From NCBI RefSeq assembly GCF_009914755.1, contig NC_060936.1: a stretch of 64,000 nt of DNA; one strand, 5' to 3'. The notes under the pieces were generated by a model that did not search any database, was not told the origin of the DNA, and saw only the letters and a list, made by a program, of their open reading frames with translations. The position numbers and the translations under genes are program-made. This stretch comes from the human T2T-CHM13v2.0 reference genome, Homo sapiens. This document shows, piece after piece, positions 1 to 11,872 of the stretch (position 1 is the stretch's first letter; each line of letters begins with the position of its first letter).

Positions 1-494
1 ACCTGACTTTTTTAAACTTTAATTTCAAAAAATTGACATAAAATGTTATGTACTTATATACAGCTTTAAATCAGTTTCTCTCTTCTCTGATACCCTAGGA
101 AACAATAACTCCTGCTGTGGTAGCATTTTCTAATAGACCTTGCTGCGTGTCAAGAAGTGAAAGTTGACCCAGAATTAAAGACTCCTGTTTTCTTTACCAC
201 CTTCTCTTTCTCTCTTGCTTTCTAAGTTGTTTCTAAAGGTAAAGATCCTAGAGAGGCCTGATAAACAGAGAACTCCAGTAAGACCCACCTATGCTTTATA
301 GGAACAGGTTCTCATATCCTCTCTGATGTTTGTCCCTTGGTGGGTTTGTGTTGCAATGTACCTGCTGTTCTGTAGGTGGGAGTCTGTGGGTAGGGGGTAC
401 CCTAAGGTCTGGAGGATCAGGAAAATGTGGAGGTGAGATAGGAGTTACCCCAGGCAGCCTGGATTAACGCTGCAGACACAGAGACCTCAAACTT

Positions 495-660
495 TTCATT
501 CATTCATTTATTCGTTCTGTTTACTGATGGACCACCTGTTACATGCTGAGAATTGTGCTCAGCTCTGAGGGGTACAAAAAAGAAAGACCTGGTCCTCTGC
601 TTTAAGGACCAATATTGTCGGAAAATGGACATGCAAATGAACAATCACACATTAAATGCA
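495..660 (-). mobile_element. L2 LINE 3' end fragment
   Basis: (TTCA)n tail followed by decayed L2 3' end motifs; boundaries approximate. Confidence 0.55.
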
Positions 661-2049
661 TTTTTATAAAGGAAATCTATACATGAAAGCAAGGATCTAG
701 AAATCCTTCATTCTGTTCAGTCATTGTTTTTGTATCATGGGGAAGGGGAGGAATTGGTATGAAATTTTATTTTCAGAGGAGGCAAATTGTAGCCAGAAAC
801 ACACCAGGATTCTAGTCCCAGGGCAAGATACTCTACTCTTTGCTCTCCAATTTCCTCATCCTAACATGATGGCATTGACCAACACACTTCTGGGGTCATG
901 GTCAGGAAGGAGGGAAGTTAGCCAAACTGACTGAGTCCTTGGCCTGAGTCCTAACCCTGGCCTTTTATTGGGCCTCAGTTTGTCCATCTTTCCTGGACCA
1001 CCATTCTCTGACTGTTAAATGGGAAGAATATCTATCTCTCAGGATTGATGGGGGATAAAGAAGGAATGTATGTTCTCTTTCCTCCTTCTCCTTTTCATTC
1101 TTACCTATGATTCTATGCATATGCTACTCCATCATTACGTTTCATGACTCAGAATTGTATACATTTCAGAACAGTAACGTGGTGCACATACTGCATTTAA
1201 AATAGCATACCCAACTGTGTCTACACCCCATAATCAAAACTTTTATATTTTAGTATCAAAGCATATAAATATTCAATTAGATGGGATAAGTAAATGTCTT
1301 AGGTAACCTCATATCATTTTAGGTAAGATTTTGCCACCACGTGTTTTTTTGCAAACTCATAAGAAATTTTTTTTTGACAGCTCTTTTGATTTTGATAAAG
1401 AATTATGGACTTCTAATAACAATTTGGTTCATAAAATAATTTTGCGGGAGAAATAACTCTTTCATTTATGTTTACTTCCAAATGGATGGCTTCCGGTTAA
1501 TCACTCTTGGCCCTCCCTTTGTAGCCCTGCACACAGCCTGTGAGAAGGGCATGAGGAGGACGGCGATTACCCAGATTGGCAACCTTGACAAAAAATAAAC
1601 CAGGCATGTTCCCCTCAGCTTCACCGACTTTACTCTTGGAAGGAAATTGGTCATTGGCTCTGCTGTGACTCTCTGCCTAATTTAGTTACAAATCCCTATT
1701 CGTGCCTCAGATTTTATTATTACTGGTAATAACAATCATTATATTTATGTCTCCTTCGGTCACCCTTTGTTTTATTTCTCAGTTAAGAACTCAGATGAGA
1801 AGAGGCCTGACTCCTCAGAAAATAATTTGGTCCTTGAGCAATTTCATTGTCCACTCAGCATTTAACTGAGCAAATAAAACAGTGGAATTTTGATTGAAAG
1901 AAATATTGTATACCTGTAGAGAGGATTTTGGTGACTTTGGGGCTCGGACTTGGGTGTGTGAGCAGGGCCTTCAATTGTGGCCCTTTGTAATGGTTTGTGT
2001 TAGGCCAGGCAAGATAGTACAGCTGTGCATTTCACCATGGCAGGCAGGA

Positions 2050-2135
2050 CAAGGAGGGAAAGAAGGAGGGAAGGAAGGAAAAGAGGAAGGGAGGAAGAAG
2101 GGAAGGGAGGGAGGAAGGGAGGGAGAGAAGAAGGG
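2050..2135. repeat. GA-rich low-complexity / (GGAA,GGGA)n tract
   Basis: nearly pure purine run seen directly. Confidence 0.9.
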
Positions 2136-3279
2136 ATATAATTCATATAGTACCTAGTATTAGAATAGGAGTTTTCTCATTATCAGAAGTAAAAACTTTC
2201 AAAATAATATAAAACAACCACTACCTCATAAAGGGTAAACAAATGAACATCCTCAGCTGTCTTTAGATACAGCCAACTGATCTCAACCTGGAAGTTGTGG
2301 TGTTGATATATAGTTGGTCTACTGGCAGTCTCACCCTTAGAGCTGGACCAACAGGGCCTTGACTCAAAGGGTCCTAGAATTTGGAACTTCTTCCTTGAAT
2401 TTTTAGTTTACCTCTGGTGATTGGGGCCAGCCAGAGCTGGCAGTGACATCTGGACGGGGTACAGCGAACCTGGACTAGACTCATACCTATGGGGGCATGT
2501 GGAACGCTCTTGCCTGGCCTGTATGCCAGAAGGGCAGCTTGGCCAGCAGATGTTTCTTTAACAGGATCACATGAGATTGGTCCACCAGAATGATGCTGAC
2601 ATGCTGATTTGGAGTGGCTCCAATTGTTAATATAGACAAGAGCTCTGCAAAAAAAAAAAATATTTCTGTAGTTCCACACACAATTACGGTCACCTGCCTA
2701 CTGGTTCTGTTCTTCCATGATTCTATTATTCCCAAGAAAGAAGACACAGGAAAGTCTACACATTCAGCCAAGGAAGGAATTATTGAAATAAAGGTACCAC
2801 ATTTCACAGAGGACATTAAAGGACTGAAAGTATATCTCAAATTTGGAGCAAAAAGAATTCTGAAATTTCACAGGGAAAGTATTACTGGAGTTGTAGAGTA
2901 CATCTGAGATCAATCTTGGCCAGACTGTGACTGATTCGGAGAGCAACTTGAGAGACAAATTGCAAAATTTCCCTAAAAATGGAAACTTAGGACTCTGGTT
3001 GACTGAATAAAACCATGGTCTCAATGAGTAGGAAGTGGGAGAAATAGAAGACAGAATAAAGAAAAAAGAGTTTAAAAATCAGTAACTAGTAGGGAACAAA
3101 AATATGTCATTGTTCTGGGAAGATGTGCTATCAGGAAGGGTAGGAAGTGGAAACTGGGGGCTTCAGTGGTTTTGTTACAAGTAGACGAACAGCCCTGGAC
3201 CCAAGACCTCTCCATAGCGTCTCTGCCTGTGAGGAGAGCACAGCCTACAGGAGCTCCCAAGTTTCAGAGGCGGGCGGCT

Positions 3280-3418
3280 TGTTGGAAACAGAAATGCCAG
3301 GGTCCCAGTGCCTCAGTCCTGATTGATAGAATTCTCAGGGGCCCAGTAACCTGCCTTTAAACAAGCTCTCCAGCTGATTCTGATACAGATAGTCTATGGA
3401 CAGCATGCAGAGAACACA
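3280..3418. mobile_element. MER5A-like hAT-Charlie fragment
   Basis: cctgcctttaaacaagctctccagctgattctgat...gagaacac resembles the MER5 arm. Confidence 0.55.
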
Positions 3419-4129
3419 GGCATAAAGTCAGGATTCTTTTGTAATGATTACAATAAACACATGTTGCAAATGCAAACACAAGCACTTTCTCTGGTCACAA
3501 GGTTAAATTCCAGGCCCCTGCAGAGTCTGCCTTTGGGCCCCACCCACCACTCTCTGCCCAGGCCTGCCACCTAAAGTCTCAACCCTCCTCTTTGATGGGT
3601 CCCCAACACCTCAAGCTGCCTGGTTGGTAACAAAGCCTGTGTTTGGGTGGAAAGGCTATTTTTTCTCATGCTTTTCTAGAACACTATGGTTTGTTTTTTT
3701 TTTTCCACCAAGGAAGCGTAGGAAATACATGAAATGTCTTGGTTCACAAAGGCAGAAAATACCAGAAAGTTGACCAGCACTTGAGTATAAGCAGCAGCTT
3801 CATTTTTGTACATACACTACAAAAGATGTTTTAAAAATACCTCCCCCAAGCAGTCAAAATGTCATTCCTTATATACCAGTGTTTGCCTATAACAAACTAA
3901 AATGATTATGAAAAGTCCTATAATAATTTTCCTATCATCCTTCCTTTCATCCCTTGTCTTGAATGTGGAGGCATCCCAGGAAAAGGGAACGGTAGTATCA
4001 ACTGCTCCATGGAGATGGAAAAGCTTTGAGATGGAAGAGTCGGGGGAAATAATGGTATAGAAGCAGTTTACTGTTGTCATCCATAGAAGATGCTATAGGG
4101 ATACTGGAGATGAGAAATGAAATTGGGTG

Positions 4130-4700
4130 AGGCTTGAACATGAGTCAAGCTTTGTATTTACCTTGGTAGTGACAGGAAAACACTGGCAGTTTTTAAGGAG
4201 TCATATGACATGATCAGGGCTGAGCTTTCAAAAAAATTAACCTGGCAAGATATGGAAATGGGATGGACAGAATGAGAGAGTGATTGAGATGGGACAGGAA
4301 AGCAAGAGGTCATCGCAGTAATCCAGGTGAGGGGCTATGAAGTCTGTGATGGAGAATTGGTGGTGGCTGTGGATGGTAGGAAAGACTGTGAAGGAAATTA
4401 GGGAGTGGCTCCTACAGGGCTTAGACCTGCAACGATGTGAGACAAGAGAGATTTCTGAGGGTCAAGCCTCGCTGACTGGGGAGATCATAATGCCATTGCA
4501 GAAATGGGAAATAGTGGAAGAGGAGCTAGTTGAAGATTGACACATTGTAAACTTGAAGTTCAACTTGATATCTGGATTTGCAACTAGATAGCCGTGTCAG
4601 GATAGAGGAAGGACCTAGAGATAAAGGGCAAAGTTGCCTATTTCCATTGCTTAGACTGTCCCTTAGTGGAGATCTCAGAAGGTTAGGGGAGGAGAGAGGG
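4130..4700 (-). mobile_element. L2 fragment
   Basis: motifs such as gcagtaatccaggtgagg and gacatgatcagg typical of antisense L2. Confidence 0.5.
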
Positions 4701-5034
4701 GCTGGGCTGTGCCAATAGAGACAGAGAACTGGAGAGTAGAGGGAGGCAGATAATGTGGTTCAGGCCAGATACAAAATCTGAAAAGAACTGGGTTTGAAGA
4801 ATTTTCTGGTTTACCTGGGACTTTTACCATTTTCTCTAGTACTCTCTTGAGCACTAGGCCACCATATTTTTCCCAGGACCTTTCAAGGTTCCCATCCCAT
4901 GAACTTTTCTCAAAAACAGGAAGGTGTGCACCTGAGAGCCATGTAAATATCCTGAAATATTCTAGATTTGGAGAGACACTTTAGACTTGGCTGACTTGGG
5001 CAGCATTTCTTAATCCTTGATGGTCTCAGTTTTG

Positions 5035-5187
5035 TAGAAAGAAAGAAAGGGAAGGAAGGGAGGGAGGGAGGGATGGAGGAGGAAAGAAGAAAAAGAGGAA
5101 GAAGGAGAGAGAAAGAAAGGAAATTAAGAGCCACTTCATAGGGTTTTGTGTGGGTGTGTGTGCACACATGTGTGTGCGTGTGTGTGC
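5035..5187. repeat. purine tract plus imperfect (TG)n
   Basis: seen directly. Confidence 0.85.
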
Positions 5188-5349
5188 AGAGGAGAAAGGA
5201 GATAATACATAATAAAGCATCCATACAGTGATTTGTAAATATTAAGCCTTCAACAATTATTAGTTTCCTTTTCCTCTGCCCTGCATGTGTCAATAGCAAT
5301 TCCCAGTAGAAATGGGAAACTCTCGGTAGACCAGCACCGAGCTAGAGTG

Positions 5350-5470
5350 TGAGGGTCTGCTTTCCAGCCCTGTGCCAGCTATTGAGTAGGTTATGACCTT
5401 GGGCTAGTTCCTCAGCTAGGGCCTTCTGTCTCAGTTTGCACACCACTAAAATAAGAGAGCTGGCCTAGAT
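5350..5470 (+). mobile_element. MIR
   Basis: MIR core-like tgaccttgggctagtt...tctcagttt. Confidence 0.55.
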
Positions 5471-5501
5471 TAGTGTTTGCTAATTTCTACCACCAAGTAA
5501 T

Positions 5502-6390
5502 TTAAAAAAAAAAATAGTATATATTTAAGGTGTACAACATGATGTCTTGACAAACATACATAATGAAATGGTCACTACAGTCAAGAAGCAAATTAGCATA
5601 TTCATCATCTCACATAGTTACTTTTTTAGTGTGGGTGGCAAAAGTACATAAGGTCTACTTTCAGTGAATTTTCAGTATAAAATACAATTCTATTAACTAT
5701 AGGATAGTTATGTTATACACTAGATCTCCAGATTTCTTCATCCTACATAACTAACTTTTTACCCTTTGACTTCTGTCTCTTCATCTCCCCACCCCTGTTC
5801 TATTCTGTTTCTATGCATTTGAGCTTTGTTTTTCTTTTTAGATTGCACATAAATGAGATCATATAGTACTCTTCTTTCCATGTCTGGCTTATTTCACTTA
5901 GCATAACGTCCTCTAGGTTCAACCATGTCACAAATGGCAAGATCTCTCTTTTTTAAGGCTGAATCATATTCCATTGTAGACATGTGCCATAAATTCTTTA
6001 TCTATTCATTCATCAATGGACACTTAGGTTGTTTCCATATCTTGGTTATTGTTTCTAGATCTTGGATATTGTGAATTATGCTGCAATAAATTATGCTGCA
6101 TAATTATAATGCATAAACATGGGGGTGGTAATTTCATTTCCTTTGGTTATGCACCCATAGATAGATTGCTGGATATATGGTATTTCTATTTTTAGCTTTG
6201 AGGAGCCTCTGTTCTGTTTTCCATATTGATTATACTAATTTACATTCCCACCAACCATGTACAAAGGTCTCCTTTTCTCCACACTCTTGCCAAAAATTGC
6301 CTCATCTTTTTGATAATAGCCATTTTAAACAGGTGTGAAATGATATTGCACTGTGGTTTTGATTTGTATATCCTTGATGATTAGTGATGT
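5502..6390 (-). mobile_element. 5'-truncated L1MA-class LINE (3' end, antisense)
   Basis: L1M ORF2-end/3'UTR motifs (ggcttatttcacttagcata, tacattcccaccaac); TSD taccaccaag(t/g)aat at 5488-5501 and 6391-6404. Confidence 0.85.
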
Positions 6391-7119
6391 TACCACCAAG
6401 GAATGCTTTTATCCTTTCTCATACTTGCTATCTTTTGAAAGAATTTTTTTTAATCAACCAGAAGTTGTTAAGTAACTGATTCATTTCTTATGTGATCCCC
6501 AGTGTTACTAAACTGGATTAATATAACTATTGCCCAAAGAAGCTTGCACAGACTTTATATAAGAAAATATGCAACAGCTATTAGAGGCTTAAACTAAGAA
6601 AAACAGCATGCGGACACTATTATAACCATATTGGAATGTGAAATTCTAGGTTGAACACCACTAGACAAGTTAGTCTTAAGGTTCCGTCTAACCCTCTCTG
6701 AACCCATAAGGTAGTATAGAGTTTCTACTGTATACCTTTTGGAGGATTCAGTAATTTATTTTGCCTTTAAAGGTAGCAATTCAATGTAGTTAGGAAGATA
6801 AATCTATGACAGGAAGTAATTAGAGACCTATTAAGCACTAAACTGAGCATCAGAATATTTAATACAATAAGCAATCAGAAAAGAGATTTAGTGTGGGCTG
6901 GGGTAGTCAGACTCCATCAATGTTGAGAAGAGATAGACTTTCTCTGGTTCTTTAATGATAATTACATTTTAAATAACCTGAAAGGGCAAATGAGGGCATT
7001 TAAGGATTGGCTAAGAGAAGGACTTTATCATAGGATGCAAAGAAGAGAAGCCAACAGAAGAGAATGAATGCTCTACTTTTTCCTATCTTTTTTTCCCGAG
7101 AAAAAAAAGTGTCCATTTC

Positions 7120-8897
<1,778 letters not shown>

Positions 8898-9526
8898 TTA
8901 GAGATAAACTTGAGACTGGCATGACTGAAGAGGTTAGCAAAATGACACCCAGAATAGCCAAGTAGGGGATGTCAAAAGTCTGAGGATGTAACTGTGGAAG
9001 ATAGATGCAACAGGAACGTCTTAAGATCAGATCTGAAAGGAGTAACAAACAGATGTTACTCTTATTTCTGGGCACTGGTTTCAACAATTCCCCTGCCATT
9101 AAATTCCTGGAATATGGCTGCTGTTGACTTATTCCCCTTTTCCTAGAATTTCAGAAAGTATGTGAATTGCAGAATAGACACCATTACCAAAGAGTTTTCT
9201 GGAAAAGAAAACAACATTTGCAAGTAGCATGCAACAAAGATCAAGTCAATGTTTTTGTAGAAGCCAAAATTGCTTGAACCCCAAAATGTTATCTGAATAC
9301 TTACCCCATTCACATGGCTGATCTTTACCCTCCATGTCTCCTCACCCACCATTTATGGAGGGACCTCCCCTGTGTGCTTGGTTGCTGGACTTATTTTGTA
9401 ATCTGCTTCTTAGAGATCCCAGCCTTCTAATAAAGGGAATGGGTTGGCTTCTTTTCTCTCCATGTGTCAATATAATCTTCCTTTGTCTTTACACATTTTT
9501 ACGTGCTGGCTGGAGAGCCACTTTGG

Positions 9527-9645
9527 TTTTTTGTTTTTTCTTTTGGTTTGTTTTTTGTTTGTTTTCTGAGACAGGGTCTAGCTCTGTCACCCAAGCTGGA
9601 ATGCAGTGGTGCAATCATGGCTTACTGCGGCCTCAACCTCATGGG
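9527..9645 (-). mobile_element. AluJ, 3' part (split by HERV-H)
   Basis: T-rich tail and antisense right arm ending at cctcaacctcATGGG; continues at 15709. Confidence 0.9.
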
Positions 9646-10053
9646 TGTCAGGCCTCTGAGCCCAAGCCTGCACATATACATCCAGAGGGCCTGAAGCAAG
9701 TGAAGAATCACAAAAGAAGTGAAAATGGCTGGTTCCTGCCTTAACTGATGACATTCCACCATTGTGATTTGTTCCTGCCCCACCTTAACTGAGTGATTAA
9801 CCTTGTGAAATTCCTTCTCCTGGCTCAGAAGCTCCCCCACTGAGCACCTTGTGACCCCCGCCCCTGCCAATAAGAGAACAACCCCCTTTGACTGTAATTT
9901 TCCACTACCCACCCAAATCCTGTAAAACAGCCCCACCCCTATCTCCCCTCACTCTCTTTTTGGACTCAGCCCACCTGCACCCAGGTGAAATAAACAGCCT
10001 TGTTGCTCACACAAAGCCTGTTTGGTGGTCTTTTCACACAGACATGCGTGACA
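9646..10053 (+). promoter_or_regulatory. 5' LTR (LTR7 family)
   Basis: starts TGTCAGGCCTCTGAGCCCAAG, contains GT box ccccacccc and AATAAA, ends gcgtgaCA. Confidence 0.95.
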
Positions 10054-10055
10054 TT

Positions 10056-10073
10056 TGGTGCTGAAGACCCAGG
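10056..10073 (+). other. primer binding site, tRNA-Phe-like
   Basis: TGGTGCTGAAGACCCAGG, 2 nt after the LTR; closer to Phe TGGTGCCGAAACCCGGGA than to His TGGTGCCGTGACTCGGAT. Confidence 0.75.
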
Positions 10074-10193
10074 TCAGAGAGACTCCTTTGGGGGACCAGT
10101 CCGCTGTCCTTGCCCTCACTCTGTGAGGAGACCCACCTACGACCTCGGGTCCTCAGACCAACCAGCTCAAGGAACATCTCACCAATTTCAAAT

Positions 10194-10202
10194 CGGGTAA
10201 GC
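10194..10202 (+). promoter_or_regulatory. HERV-H leader splice donor CGG|GTAAGC
   Basis: consensus 5' splice site about 140 nt after the LTR, the known HERV-H donor position. Confidence 0.75.
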
Positions 10203-10611
10203 GGTCTTTTCACTTTTCTCCAGCCTCTCTCACTACCCTTCAATCTTCCTCTCTTGCTACCCTTCAATCTCCCTGTCCTTCCAATTCCAGTTCTTTTTCT
10301 TCTCTAGTAGAGAAAAGGAGACACATTTTATCCGTGGACCCAAAACTCTGGCGCCAGTCATGGACTTGGGAAGACAGTCTTCCCTTGGTGTTTAATCACT
10401 GTGGGGACGCCTGCCTGATTATTCACCCACATTCCATTGGTGTCTGATCACCACAGGGACGCCTGCCTTGGTCATTCACCCACATTCCCTTGGTGGCAAG
10501 TCAATCGCGGGGACGCCTGCTTTGGCTGCTCACCCACATTGCAGCCCAGGGCTGCTCCCCACCCCCCTTCTCTGTGTCTCTACCCTTCTTTTTAAACTTG
10601 CCTTCTTCACT

Positions 10612-11862
10612 ATGGGCACGCTTCCACCCTCCATTCCTCTTTCTTCTCCCTTATCCTGTGTTCTCAAGAACTTAAAACCTCTTCAACTCTTGCCTGACCT
10701 AAAATCTAAGTGTCTTATTTTCTTCTGCAACACCGCTTGGCCCCAATACAAACTTGACAATGGTTCTAAATGGCCAGAAAATGACCCTTTTGATTTCTCC
10801 ATCCTACGAGACCTAGATAATTTTTGCCAAAAAATGGGCAAATGGTCTGAGGTGCCTGACATCCAGGCATTCTTTTACACATTGGTCCCTCCCTAGTCTC
10901 TGCTCCCAATGCAACTCGTCCCAAATCTTTCTTCTTTCTCTCCTGTCAGTTCCTTCAGTCTCCACCCCAAGCTCTGAGTCATGTGAATCCTCGTTTTCTA
11001 CAGACCCATCTGACCTTTCCCCTCCTCCCCAGGCTGCTCCTTGCCAGGCCAATCCAGGTCCCAACTCTTCTTCAGCCTCCACTCCCCCACCCTATAACCC
11101 TTCTATTACCTTCCTTCATCACGCCTGGTCTGGCTTACAGCTTCATTCGGCGACTAGCCCTCCCCCCCGCCCAACAATTTCCTCTTAGAGAGGTGGCTGG
11201 AGCTGAAGGCATAGCCAAAGTTAATGCTCCTTTTTCTTTATCCAACCTCTCCCAAATCAGTTAGCGTTTAGGCTCTTTTTCACCAAGTATGAAAACCCAG
11301 TGCATGGCCCGTTTGGCAAGAACCCTTAGACACTTTACTGCCCTAGACCCAGAGGGGCCAGAAGGCTGTCTTATTCTCAATATGCATTTTATTACCCAAT
11401 CCCCTCCTGACAGTAGAAAAAGCTCCAAAAATTAGATTCTAGCCCTCAAAACCCACAACAGGACCTAATTAACCTCGCCTTCAAGGTGTACAATAATAGA
11501 GTAGAGGCAGCCAAGTAGCAACTATTTCTGAGTTGCAATTACTTGCCTCTACTGTGAGAGAATCTCTAGCCACATCTCCATCACACAAGAACTTCAAAAC
11601 GTCTGAACTGCAGTGGCCAGGTGTTCCTCCAGGACCTCCTCCCCAAGGAGCTTGCTTCAAGTGCCAGAAATCTGGCCACTGGGCCAAGGAATGCCCGCAG
11701 CCTCGGATTCCTCCTAAGCCATGTCCCATCTGTGCAGGACCCCACTGGAAAATGGACTGTCCAACTCACCCGGCAGCCACTCCCAGAGCCCCTGGAACTC
11801 TGGCCCAAGGCTCTCTGACTGACTCCTTTCCAGATCTTCTCGGCTCAGCAGCTGAAGACTGA
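10612..11862 (+). pseudogene. gag: HERV-H gag remnant (open matrix part 10612-10896; NC with two CCHC zinc knuckles)
   Basis: MGTLPPSIP...CNTAWPQYKL...WPEN...KWSEVP matrix motif; [14 protein letters not shown] and [13 protein letters not shown] in ORF 11533-11862; frameshifts and stops between. Confidence 0.9.
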
Positions 11863-11872
11863 CACTGCTTGA

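Noticed and set aside
2614-2907. 97-aa ORF in apparently unique DNA
   Set aside because: GTG start, no recognisable domain or splice context; part resembles decayed CR1/L3 sequence.
10400-10545. Three ~52-bp spaced repeats (gggacgcctgc...tcacccacatt) resembling a repeat-spacer array
   Set aside because: They lie in the HERV-H leader, where such tandem repeats are a family feature, and the intervening segments are related to each other.
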